DNA from: Tubiluchus corallicola
Taxonomy: Eukaryota > Animalia > Priapulida
Direction: 5' to 3'
DNA length: 64,000 bases
NCBI GenBank assembly: GCA_030141605.1
Contig: JAQGDQ010000125.1
Coordinates: 124,001-188,000 of the forward strand
In this document: piece by piece, positions 28,501-41,970 of the stretch
How positions within the stretch are numbered: position 1 is the first letter of the stretch
How the letters are laid out: the number at the start of each line of letters is the position of its first letter
Translations under genes and position numbers: made by a program
Notes under the pieces: model-generated
Told to the model about the DNA's origin: nothing
Seen by the model: the letters and a program-made list of their open reading frames with translations, nothing else
Database searches by the model: none

Positions 28501-29419
28501 GGGCCATTGCATAGCTGCATAGAATTTGCTTTTTTAGGCTCTTAAAATTTTGGAGATTAATGCTATTTTACAAAATTAATGAAAAGTATTTCAGCCTTCA
28601 CCTCACAGCCATACTAATGCTCGTAATTACTGATCCTTATACATTATAACATTTAAAACTTTGTTTACCATTTTGGGAATTCCAGTTCTACAGTTCATCT
28701 ATTTGCATTTTTCCTTTGTCATGACGTTATTTTTAATGCAAAAATGCGTCTAATTAGAAAATACATCAACAGTGAGGAAGAAAAAATACCAAGAGATGAA
28801 AAAAACAGTTATTCTTGAGTAATGTAGGTTATAGAAGGATTAAATGAAAAGGGTTTAAATTGTGTCAATTAATAGTCTCTCTGGAAGGGGGACTATTAAT
28901 CAAGTTATAATTCTATGATAGAAGCAATACATGAAATAAATTAACTCAAATTGCAGAGAACATGCAAAAAAGAAAAGACCGTCCTGAACACTTATTAGAA
29001 TATTCTGTTACAAATAGTATAAATTAGCAGACGAAGAAAATGGGTATACAGAAAAACTTTGTCAATAATTGTTAATGAAACACTGATTAGAATAATGAAA
29101 CATACAAGTAAGGTAGTGAGTCGGAGAGAGAATATGGGTCTAAAGCTAGAAATAATTACAGAGTTTAATAAACTGGCTTGCCTATTATATTATTTTGGCT
29201 TTGTGGTAGTTGACTCAGTTTTCTGGAATCTATGAAAATGAGTGGCCTGTATAGAACCCTTATCTATAATAATTAAAGATTATAATTTATCATAGCATTT
29301 AACATAATTTTTATTGAAAATTTTCCTCTTAAAATGGAAACAAAACACATGAGTCGGGAAGTATATAATACTGCCCTAAATGCAAGCATCTCTGAAACTG
29401 TGAAAAATTGATGATAAAT

Positions 29420-29495
29420 GACGGTGGTGGTGGTGATGGTGGTAGTGGTGGTGACGGTAGTGCTGGTGATGGTGGTGGTGGTGGTAATAGTAGTA
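29420..29495. repeat. (GGT)n/(AGT)n trinucleotide microsatellite
   Basis: gacggtggtggtggtgatggtggtagtggtggtg…. Confidence 0.9.
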
Positions 29496-30419
29496 GATCT
29501 TTTCGACGTAGTGCTAAAGAACCTTAGAGAATTTTGCAGTTCATTATTAATGAAAAAAACGTTCTTTATTCTTCTCAGAGAACTTCAGACGGGAACATGG
29601 TATTATGTATGGCTCACACCATGCTGAAAAAGCGCCGGTTACATAGGTGAAGACGTCCGTCATTGCTGCAAGCTGTTGTGTTGGTGCAGCAGTGAACACG
29701 ATCAAAAAGTTTTGTGGGTACCAAAAACTGTTTCCTAAATACCGAAAAAGTTTAAAAACAAATGTCAATGCTTGCTATATACAATTGCTACTCTAGCGAT
29801 AAGCGAAGACCGTTTTCGCGGGCACATTTTTAAGAATTGGAAGACGTCGCAGAGTGAAAGTGGCACGTAAAAGTTACCTAGTAGTAGTATGCACAGAGTA
29901 TCTAGTAACTGAGCTACTCATAGTGTGCCAGTAACTTCAGTTCAAACGAAGTTAACAAAGCGTTAAACACATAGACGTAGATATAGACGTTTATTTTCTC
30001 CAATAATGTCACAAATGTTACAAAATACTTTTTATCTAAGGAGATGGGTCAAGGAAAGACCGTAGGTCATCTGGTCATTCGCCCCTTATAAAATGTAGGC
30101 TTACTCAGTTTATAGGGATGTTTAATCTCAATTGGACATCTTTGCCGTACATTTAAAATTAACATTTATATAATATAAATACTTTGTGGGGTAATAAATG
30201 AAAATAGGGACAAACAATAAAATGAGTTTTGCTGGAATTATGCAGTCTATGAACAATTTAGACCCAAAATGTGTTTTTTGAATTTTAACAGTACTTCGGC
30301 TGCAAATGTGTAACGTGGCTTTCTTAACAAATGATTTTGTAACCCGTTTTTGACCCGTTGGTTTAATTATTATTTTCAGTTACTTTGTTAAATGCACCAT
30401 TAACGACCCCAAAGGTAAG

Positions 30420-33400
30420 ATGAGTGAAGGAGAGCAAAGACAGGATCCTGTTGGAGCAGAAGTGGGTCCTGACGTTGCTGGATCACGTGCTGTTGGATGG
30501 CAACCAAATCCAGAATTTCTTAAAGCTCTTCTGGAAATGGGAATTGATCAGATGCTTGCTGAAAAGGTATTATTTGATATTATTAATCAGAAGTCGAATT
30601 TATTCATTTAAATGGTTTTCAGTATATTGCAGTTTACTGTAGTTGGTGTGTGTTAATTACGATAAAATAATGGCTATAATGGCAATGGCATTAAGTGCAA
30701 GATTTAGTTAACAACTCGGGTGCATTGTTTTGTTTCATCTGGGAAGTTGTGTATTTCAACACAATTTTTATGATTTAACATATGGTTGCCCAATCTACAT
30801 TCAAGTTATGAAATAATGCATAAAATTGTCATTTGATCAGCAAATTTTGTGACAATGGACAATATGACTGTTGACTGACTCAATTATGTTTTTATTTTTG
30901 TAATTATCAATGCTTAGATGAAAAATAAACAGAAAATCTAAAATACAACTCAAGATCTTCCAGGCTTAATGTTAGGATGACCACCCATCCGGATTTTCCC
31001 GGACTTGCAAGGGAATTAGGCCTGTTGTTATGGATCAGAATGTTCCAGGAAATTGTCAGGGAAAATCAGTGTTTTGCAATTGGTCCCATATTTTCAAAAC
31101 TTACAAGCAATTCGCCCAGTTAATTTTCGACAATAATTGTAATAGTTAAAGGACAACACCAATTGCAGTCACTTAGCATTTTGAGTTCATTTTACTGTTA
31201 TCACTTAAATTTAGAAAAATACTATAAAAAATACTACAAAAAACTGTCTGTAAAGCACAAAACTTAATTTATACTGCAACTGCATAGAAATTTTCGGCCG
31301 CAGTGGTAGATGCCATTCACTTGGACTTATGACGTAATTGATGGACTTTGTGAGTTTTTTGTAAACACGTACTGCTTAAAGTAATTGAGACTTTTGCAGC
31401 TTGCTAATGTTCATCCAAAAGGGTCACAAAATCTGCTATCTAATTTTTTGTAAAAACTTATTGTGCTTTTGACAGAAAGTGACAGTGCACTGCTTTTCTT
31501 CAATTGATTAACCATGTCATTGTTGGAAGAATGGACTTAAGCTTTCAAAATGGGAGCACCTCAGTGTTAAATGATTGCAACTTTAAAGTGATTTTACTAA
31601 TTACACAAGGTGCTGATGACTCTTTTATTATTAAATCCTTTTAACATTTTTTATTAATATTGAAGGGTTAGCCTTTTCTTTAAGTATGATTTTTTTTGTT
31701 TTTTCAATTTGTTTTTTAAATTTCGTTTGATGTTTAACTTGTTTGGCTTCAGCAATATGCAACACTCTTTAGCATACTTACTAAATCTAGCAGCTGTATA
31801 TCGGACTTCAGTGTAAAACCCCCCCAAAAAACTCACCGAAAGCTTCCATTGAAGTCTCAAAATATAGTTTCACAGCATAATTTTTTTATTTTTATCTTAT
31901 ATTACTAAACTCCCAGCAACATGTTTCATCACTAAATTGCAATACGTATAATAATTTTTTTTGTATTATCGAACAAAAACGTTCATACAGAAAACTAATA
32001 CACTGGGCGACTTTTCAAGTTTTTGTTATCATTTTTAGACTAAAAAATAATAAAATTTGTCACTATGTCGCATTGCCGACCCACCTCGAATCTGGGACAA
32101 CTAACTTCCACATTCTCACCGCCCTCCCGAAATGGCCAACACGATGTTGTCAGGGGAAATCACTTTCACAAGGTGGTCACCCTACTTAATGTTTGATATA
32201 CTAACTAGATTAGCTTATGTACTAATAAGAGCTGATAAGCACTGGCACAAGTAAATATGATGATATGGCAATAATTCTGAGGAAGTAGAGAGTGACCATA
32301 TCTTCACGATACAGAAATAAGCAACATGTTCCAGTGATTAGCCAAGTGTGAAAGTATGTGGTTTAGTGATCGAAGTTACATAACGCTGGGCAGAATTGGC
32401 AAATGAATTTTATTATTTAAATGAGCATCGCCTGAAAAACTGTCTCTAGGCGGTTTTGTCTTCGGTACTATCCGCAGGCTATTTACCTCATTGAGCAAGG
32501 ATTTATCTATCAGATGAGATCTTAACTGTCAGTCAAAGAGTTTGTAGCGGTGCTCAAGCAAGTTCTTATTCCTGTATGTGAGTAACTCAGAAGGCCACTC
32601 TGATCGCGAGAATAATTTTATTTCTTTTTTCTTTCAAAAAGCTAATTTAGTATTCTTTTCTGATGCTCTTTTGAAGCTCAGTCTGGTTAAAATGATCGAA
32701 TTCACTGTAAATTGGTACTGTAAGTACCTCTTGCAATTGAATCATGATTTACACCTTTCTTCAGGAACCAGCAGAGTAGTGATATTTACAGAAAAATGCT
32801 GACTTGATAAACATTAAACATTCATATTTAAATGAATGTTCAACTGTAAGCAAATCATTATTTCAATTAGTTAGAATGGTTATTATTGATTTTAGGCTCT
32901 GCTTGAAACTAACAACGATTCTGTTGATATGGCTATAGAATGGGTATTCAGTCACAATGAATCAACTGAGCAGGTAATTTGTGAGAGCTATGAGTTATAA
33001 AAAATAAAAAAAAAATTTAATTGGTATACTGTGTAAGACTTACAATGTAGGAGCTATGAACCAAATTAATGAAGTTGTTTTAATCGTAGTAATATCATTT
33101 TGTCTACAAAACTACATGTAGTAGAGCATTTGATGTGACTTTATTCTCAGCAGACGTTTGACTGGTAGTTTTGCCAACATGCATATTCAGAAATTATGGA
33201 GGCATTTTCTGCCACATTGTTAAGCATGTTTTAATACTAAACTTGTCAGATACTGTACATTCTTCGTAATTCCTCTTGTACTTTGAATTATTGCGTATAA
33301 TGCTACTGATAAAGCTAATTGGGAATACAAAATAAAATAGTCTAGCTAAACTATAGTTCATTTACTGAAAATATTTACATTGCAACATAATGTTTTTTAT

Positions 33401-36400
33401 TAATGTCACATTGTAGAACCTGCTCACATGTATATATATCATGTAGACTTAGCGGATATTTATACATACTTTGAATTTATATAATATCAATTACAGTACT
33501 AATTATATACAAAATACAGTAGCTTTGGAATTTTTTTGCTGCCTACTGTTGTGAAAACTCTCTAGATCATATATGATTATATATATAATAGATATGTGGA
33601 TGTCATTGTTTGTGAATCTTGTAACACCTATTAGCTCAACAGAGATGTAATTTTCAATATTTGTTTAATACATTTTAGGTGGACAGTGAAGAAGATGATG
33701 TTATTGTTGTGTCATCTGGTCAGTGTAAGATGGTTTTTGTAGTTAATGCTACATTGGATATGGGTATTGGAAAGGTAGAATATTTCAAGTTGTTGATCTT
33801 ATGCTGTGGTCATAACATAGCTTATTTCTTTAACAAAAAACAAACGTTGCAAACAAGACACTGGATGATTTCTCAATAATGTGTGACAAGTTACAGCTGA
33901 TCCCGCCCACTGATTACTGCTTACGAAACATGTTTGTTTCACATAAACTGTTACATCATCTAATTTTCATAGAATGGTTTCTAGAAATTTTTGAATAAGT
34001 ATTTTATAGCTATATGTATAGCTGTTCTTGCAACGACTAAACTTTCTTTTTATAGCGTATGTTAGGTGCTTTGAGCCTATGATTCTATGCTTGCCACAGA
34101 TGCATTAGAAAGCTAGTTGTAGATAAGTTGGAGTGTTGTAGTACAACGGAAACTCATATAATGAATCTTCTTGTGTCAGGCTTTACTTTTTGAAATAACT
34201 TGACGTGATGTGATGTGAGTAAATTTCGAGTATACAAATCTTGCAAAACAAAGGTACTAATTTTTTTTGATAGTCCATTTAACTATATACTGCATACTCC
34301 AAGATGGTGCATATTGGAAAATGTATATCGGCTCTATACACTGTCTTATTAAATGATTTTGTTGGAAAATGGATCAAATTTTGATTAAATTTGGAATTAT
34401 TCGTTTGACGTAAATATTTTACTTCGAGTTTTTTATTTTAGATTGCTGCTCAGGTTGCACATGCAGCACTAGGTTTATATAGGCAATTATTAGAAGAACA
34501 AGACACTTATGGTGAGATGGTGCTTTTTTGGGAACAATCCGGGTAAGATTTTGTGACTTTTGAAATTGAGAAGGTTTACAAGTTTTCCAGCATAGTAAGT
34601 GGTGGGCCAGGACTTGCTTTTTGTTTATCAGAACTTATTGTTTTCTGAAAGCCGTATGGTGTACAGCTACTGATACATGGTACTGAGAATTTTATTGTAC
34701 TCATTCATGTATCATGCTTAATTATATTTTTATCTTTTTTTTGTAGTTCTCTTTATTTTTCTTTGATGCATTTTTGCATTGACTAACTTGTTTAAGGTAT
34801 AGAAGATCTTGTTTATGTGTGTGTTGAGTTTTTTCATCATTTTTCCAACTATTTTCAGTGAATCAAAAGTAGTTGTCAAGGCAACGGGAGGGGAAGCACA
34901 GATTAAAGAATTGCAGCAAAAAGCAAAGTCACTACGTTTGCCTTTTTACGTGGTATGTGATGCAGGTAGAACAGAGGTAAGAATATTCTTTATGGTCTTT
35001 TAAGCGAATCAATCGGTATTACAGAGTTTCCTGCAATTGTTCATTATGAACATTTTACTCTAATGAAAAAATCTTTATTAATGTGTTAACATTCTCTTTC
35101 TCCTTATTATTAGATGTCTTCTTAATGGCGGTTCATTAGTGGGGGTGCTACAAAGTTTTTTAGCCATTGTTTTAAGGTTGTGTAAAATGAAACAAACATA
35201 TGTAATTATAATGTTGTAATTTAATTTTAAACATACAAACTAATTTAAACATAACCATTATAAATTCCGGAACAAAAAAGATTGTTTTCTTACGAATAGT
35301 CTATATTGTCACTGTTCAAAAATTTGCCGATGCACGGCTTTTAAAGAGATGACAACTGACAACACGTACTGCAGTGAGCGACAGTACTCTTTCTCCCTAA
35401 AATACAGCGTCTTATCTCAGACATGTGCGCAGGGCCGCATGCACACAGCAGCCAAATACTGCGTTGCTTGGGCTGTGAAACAAATTCTACTTCCTTCATG
35501 TGCTTCGATTCCGCACAAATATAAAGAACTAAAGAAAAAAGATTATTATATTGAATATTATTGATAATAATGAGCGAAAACAGGAGGTACTGCAGTACCA
35601 CAGTACCTATACACTAGCTGCCACTGTTTCTTGTATGTGTTTAGTACTATATGCAAGTTTTGATATAATACTCGTGTTCTCAGTTTTCAAGGGCGCAATC
35701 ATCGTAAAGTAAATAGTTGTGACAGAGATGAGATACTAAACCACCAGAGGTGTAGGATGTATAGACAATTTTTAGACATTTTTTGCAAATAGATGTGGCT
35801 GTATGGCAGATGTAACCCCCTGTAAACAGTTTTCCTGGTATTAGTTCATAGAGTTCATTCACCTGTCCATCAGATTTGTAGTGCCTAAGAAACCTTATGT
35901 TGGAGAAGATAAGGGTTGTCCTGAGAAATGACATTTGCTTGTTTATACTTGTCGTTTCATGGTTTTAGGATGTTGTAATTAGTCCCAATTTCCGTGGTTT
36001 AAGACTTGGCTAACTTCATCTTTGAATGGATTTTATACTTGTAGAACTAATGGCTCATGAATTGGATATCTAAAATTATGACTGGCTTTAGAGATCATCA
36101 TAGCTAATTCTTTACAATTCATATTTATTGTTTTCTGAGTTTTCAAAAAAGAGCTGGGCCATAACTTATTATCGAGTAATTCACATTTGCTCGTGAGATA
36201 ACAGACTTTGAAGTTATGTTTGTTGCCAAAACATTTGGTTTGACTTTGCTCGAAAAACCTTCGTAAATTTAGACTAGCCACTGCTTATTAACAGTAGTTC
36301 CTAAGTAACCATGGCACTTTGACAGTTCCTTTGGTAACAACTTCAAAAGTAATGAGAATGCTGATTGAGTTGCTCTGATGGTGTACTGTTGTCTAGTCTC

Positions 36401-37128
36401 ACACCACATTGCCTTAAATGAAAGACAACCCATTATAATTTCAAAATAAGGTTTAATAAAATTTCACACGGGATAATAAATATAAGTTCTACTTGCATAA
36501 TTACGAAGAAACAGCAACATTGTCCTGCAGTGTTCAGGCATTCAATGTGCTTAAGTATATAAAAAGAATAAAAAAGTAGAATAAAAAGAAGTCAATCTGA
36601 AACCTCTCTACTGTTAAATTCACCACCAAAAAATGCAAAACACTGAGCAATTGTGACTATTAGCTAATGAATATAGTCTAGTAAGCTACAAGCTCAGACA
36701 ATTTTCTATAATGCAGCTGCACAATATCCATTTCACACAAATAATTTCGTGCGTAGCATCAATACTAAGTAAAAAAAATTGTTCATCACATACAGCTGAT
36801 GCAGTAACATTTGCTTGAATCGCATTTACTTGATAAGGGGGATTTTCGCCGTTTTGAAATTTCAGTGCAGCACGATAAACTGTGTATGCATCAAACAGCT
36901 TTCATGAACCATAATGTGATGTAGAGGTTGATAAAGAAATATGGAAGTATTGGAAATTTCTAACTATGGTGTTTTCTTGAAATTTGTGTTAAACCCATAA
37001 TTCATACAAATGTTAAATTTAAATTGTAATTTCTATTACAGGTAAAACCAGGCTCAGTTACTGTAATTGCAATCATTGGCAAAGTAACAGACATTAACCA
37101 AGTCACTGGGTCACTTCCATTATTATAG
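30420..37128 (+). CDS. PTRH2: Peptidyl-tRNA hydrolase 2 family protein with an N-terminal UBA domain, 6 exons, about 208 aa
   Basis: Exons 30420-30566, 32896-32973, 33679-33774, 34442-34542, 34859-34976, 37042-37128 (TAG); 627 nt in frame. UBA: LKALLEMGIDQMLAEKALLETNNDSVDMAIEWVFSH. PTH2 motifs: KMVFVVN..LDMGIGKIAAQVAHA, W...GESKVVVK, DAGRTEV.PGS.TV, INQVTGSL.LL. Strict orthology to vertebrate PTRH2 is uncertain because there is no N-terminal TM anchor. Confidence 0.9.
30973..32184. mobile_element. Non-autonomous hAT element (Blackjack-like termini) in PTH2 intron 1
   Basis: TIRs TAGGATGACCAC and GTGGTCACCCTA. Perfect 8-bp TSD CTTAATGT at 30965-30972 and 32185-32192. Confidence 0.9.
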
Positions 37129-39082
37129 GTATACTGCAGTGGCCTATAACTGTTTTACATTGCTTTGCAAGTATTGTATACTTTGTATTTATATGTCTGC
37201 CATACAGGTTGTTCAGCTGCTTTTTTGTATTGATATAAAATCTTGTTATTTAAGCATATTGTTCTGACATGAAAAGTTTATAATGAAACTGAAGTTGAAA
37301 CCTGCTTGTATTTTGCTTGCAAGTCATTTTATTTTGGAGATTTTATAATTAGTGAAGCGTTTTTTTGTGTAAATTTTTTATATTTTCACTTGAAAATGTT
37401 GTTTGTTTACGATAAACTGTAGATACAGTTTGTTTTATTCAAATTTGGAATGCAAGCTTATTATTTTTCACCCATGATGGTCTGCTTGGACTATTCTTTG
37501 TTTCATTTCATAACTTTTTGCCCAGGTTATTGGATTCTTTTTCAAGCAGTTTTAACACAGTGGAAAGCCTATAGAAACAAAATTAACAGAGAATGAGATT
37601 TAATTTAATATTTGCTAAACTTCAAATTTAATTGTTTCATATTTAACTTTAATTGCAAAGAAAGAAGACTTGTAAATCTATTCTTTAACATTCTTTAATT
37701 ATTGTGTTTCATTGTTTTATGATCTAGTAAAGCTATAAAAGTGAAGTTTTATAAACTGTTATTCTTAGATTTATTCTTCTGTGCTTTCATCCATCAAGGA
37801 TGATTTGCTTAAAAGTATTTATTTATAACTCTATGCTTCAGAAGCAGCTGCTGTTTAACGAAATGGAACTACTGCTAACATACTCATAAGTGCTACCATA
37901 AGTTAAATTAGTTACTTCAATTGGAGTAATGAAGGTCTTGCTAGTTTATTAGTTTATTAATAGCAGTGAAAAGGCATGGTTTTAATTGTCTGATTGAAAA
38001 TTAAATGTGTTAAAGTCAAAATTTAACTTAGTGACCTAATGTAGTTTCAGCAAAAATCAGTTATGTATTCAGCTAACTCACATCTGAATTTCTTTGCCAT
38101 CATCTAAAGGTGAATGAAGTTTTGTTCTAGAGAAAATGAAAAAACCAAACATTAGTTGGTGCTTGTGACTAGTGTAAATGCTCTTGAGTACTGTACCTTC
38201 TGATTTAGTTTTCTTGATAAGCATGTGCTGTTAGAAAATGCTTCAAGATTGCAAAATATAATGCGAGTAGTGTGTTTTGAAACATGCATTTGCATACAAA
38301 CTTATCTAGAAATATTTTCTAAATGAGTGCCATTCTTACCATCGACAAAATATAATCTATTTTGAATTTTATCACGCCATTTTATTGTTCATATTTATAA
38401 AGAATATAATTTATGTACATATTCGTGCCTACTAGAATGTAAATTTAAATACTGTAGGATATCATAAGAAATGTTGGATAGTTTATGACAGTTACCCTGT
38501 CTGTGTTGCACTGTGATAAATTCACATTGGATTTCGACACATTGATGTTTGGATAATCTCGTTGGTTATGATAACTTCAGGTAATCTGTCTTAACTTATC
38601 TCAATGTATGGCATTTATAGTATGCACTAGTTAGGGCTGTTAGGCCTATTATATAAGCAGGTGCCTATTTTTCTTGTACTAATCACAGAAAAAAACAGTT
38701 GTTCTTGTTAAATGCTTTGTAACTACATGTACAATTTGTAATTCAGTGCTTGTAACTACATGTACAATGTGAATATTGTACATGAAGCAGTACCGGTGCA
38801 TTTTTGTCATTGTAATTGTACCATGTGAGTTCTACCTCATATTAAAATTAATCGTCAGCTAAGCACAATAATCTTATTCGTATTATCAAGCTTTATTATA
38901 GCAATGGAGTTTTCATAACAAATTCCAAGCCGTCTATGCAGCACACTGTTTCATTGTCTTGCAGAAACATATTATACGCCATGTGCTTGATTCTCATTGC
39001 ATTTATTATGCAAGTCCTTGGACAAAGTCAAGCACAATGCATTATAGTATGCATTTTTATGTCTGGTATCTCTTTTTCATTA

Positions 39083-39134
39083 AATAAAAAATAATTATAA
39101 ATACATATAATTTGGAGTTTCAATTTATTTTATT
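39083..39134. terminator. Opposed polyadenylation signals of the convergent PTH2 (+) and TMCC (-) genes
   Basis: AATAAA at 39083-39088 on the + strand; TTTATT at 39124-39129 and 39129-39134 for the - strand. The strand skew switches from T-rich to A-rich here. Confidence 0.55.
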
Positions 39135-41970
39135 TCTCTTTTCTGCATTTGTGTGTAAGTAACGTTTGTCTATGTTGAAAATAAATTTCTACCAGCATTT
39201 TGTGCATACTACAAGGATAATAATAACATATGAGAAGTAAAATAAACACAATAACAGGTATATAACTGCACCAAATCATGACTGGCCCTGGCCATAACAT
39301 ATTTTTGTAAGACACGTGGTTCATATTAATTAGTACGGCTCATGAAAAACTGCAGCTCTCATTGTTTTCTGACTTCATTGTAATTCTATAAAAAGCAATT
39401 GTCAGTTGTCAGTTTCATGAAAACAAAATGATTAAATAATATGTCAGTATACCATCATCAAACGATGCAGAAATGAAAGGCTACTGGCATTATATACAGC
39501 ATATTTTATATACATGTATTTGCTAACTTCACAAAGACTGATCACAAACTATGCAGAACCCTGTGAAGCACCTCAAAACTAACATCTTCCAAAAGGAAGT
39601 ACTATTAAGAAATGACTTCTTTATACTATACAAACACAAATATACACGTAATGCTATTGCGTAACAGCCTCTTGCCACTTGCATTGTTACTTATCACAAT
39701 GTCACTATTTGCAGCATTCTTAGAGTTACTCACTGCACACCATTTTGTTGACCATATTTAGCAATTCACATACAGCACCAAAAGCATTTCATTTTGATGT
39801 TATTACTACATCGTGCTGCCACATCTCTTGCACTGCACTGGGCTATATATTCACTTTAAAATATCCTGACTCAAATATTCATGTACTAATACATAGCGAG
39901 GAAATAAAATTACTTCTTATCAGGTTACAGAAATGTTTTTTTCCTGCAAAAATGTGACAACACAAATTAACCACGCGATCACCTTACTATTGGAATGTCT
40001 AACAATGATTGTAAAACAATTATGTGCAGAAACACAACTATCATTCTCAATAATCCATTCCTTACAAAATTATAACAATCACACATTTATTATGACTCTA
40101 AAGGAAGACTGGAATGAGTGATGAAACAGGCATCAAAAACAGTCTTTGGTGGACATAAGAAAAAACAAAATGTAACCTCAATCATTAGAAAGCTCACATT
40201 TTTGGCATAATGCCAGCTTGTTTAATGTTGTTTCACTGGCACTTCCAACAATAAACCAGTCTGGTTCATACAATTTACAACAAGTTAACTTGTCGGCAGG
40301 TGAAGTTCCTTTTGACGTATACCAAATATAGCAAACTTGGTTGAGGTGTGCTCAGAAGGCATCAATTTTGCTTGCAATAAACTCAATTAATTCTTACATG
40401 TATCGCAAACAACTTTAAATTTTTTGCACTTGTAAATTCTTAACAGATTACTCAAAGCTATTTTTTTTAAACTTGCATATTACAGACATGTTGACTCTCA
40501 TAAAAACACGATATTAATTAAACAAATAGATAAACATCACATGGGCAACTATAAATAACATTTAATACAAGAATTTTACAAATAAGTTTACAATAAATGA
40601 TGCTTAGCTAAAGAGACTATCTTTACCGTCAATGAATGAAGCAACACATCTTTTGTGGATTACATCATTATATCATCACAAAAGTTTAAAGCTGTAAATG
40701 ACGTCATCTACAAAAAGTTATTTCGGAACAAACAGAAGCTAGTGCAACTTTAAAAGCCGTAATAAATAATTACACAGAAAGATTAAGCTGAATGACTTAC
40801 ACACAAAACTTCAATTACAATGTCTGTTTAGATTCAAAGATGACGAAACATACGAAATTCCAATTCGACAAAACATGTTGTACAAAACTTACTAGGCACT
40901 TAAGTCGCAATTTTACACTAAAACTAGAAAGCAAAAATGAAATCATGAACACTGAAGCGTGGACGGTGAACAAAATATGCATAAACTATGTTTACTGCTA
41001 TACAAAACGAGTGAGATCACTGAAGTGTAATGTGTTAAATACACAAGGTGCAAACTTGCACATTTAAAAAAATAAGCTCTACATTTAAAAGCAGTGTTCA
41101 GCAATTCCTACCAAAGCTCTATCCATATTACAATTAGTCACTTAAATTTATATGTGCTGAAGATTACATAATAAATGCCTAGGCACGGTGATCAGCAAAT
41201 ACCAAAGCACACACACACACACACAAATACCCATGCAAGTACCGAGTGGCTATATGTAACTACCAAATTTATACATTAATTAAACCTCATTTTGCTGTAA
41301 ACAGCCAATTAGTCTTTTCGTAAGTTTTATGTCAAACATATTTTGTACTATTTTATGTGATACCAAGTACGTCCAGCACTGCACAGATTAAACTTAACAC
41401 TATACACTTGCGGACAAAACTATAAAAAGGCTAACAAGAAAACAATATGTTCTAAGCAAGGTATTAAAATGCAATGGTGACTTAGTAACTTCTACCGCTT
41501 CTACTGTGATATAATGTAATATTACAATAACTGTTTACCTGTGTGTTTTTACAGTGCAATACATACAAACTTGCTATCATTAGCATATCATGACTAATTG
41601 CATTGTGTTCCTTTGTGCCAAATAGTGTAAAATAACATTTTGCTTATCTGCACACAACAACCAAAACCCATAATCAGATTCCACGTTATGCACTTGACGA
41701 TAAAAACAATGCATGTTAAATGACCCACTGCGAAGCACAGCACCCTATAACAGCGGCGGTAAAGTCTTAACATCCCAATGTTTTCTAGTGCCAGACAGAT
41801 AAGTATGTAAGTTCAGTACAAAATTTTAAGTACTTTCACACACTGCAGAGAAAAACTCTTATAATCTCAGTGCATTCTTGATGTCATTCTTCATTAGGAA
41901 CGTGTTAGCAAACGGACAACTTGCTATTGCTGTTCTAATTGCTAATTTACACCTGTGATTACGCTTGTGA

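Larger units (their letters stand above)
27118..30419. promoter_or_regulatory. Divergent (head-to-head) promoter region of EXOSC6 and the PTH2 gene
   Basis: The start codons point outward. CpG-retaining patches at about 27180-27250 (tttcgcgtgg, gcggaa) and about 29630-29870 (ttttcgcggg, E2F-like). Confidence 0.5.

Noticed and set aside
29418-29627. Poly-Val 'membrane protein' ORF
   Set aside because: Translation of a (GGT)n microsatellite.
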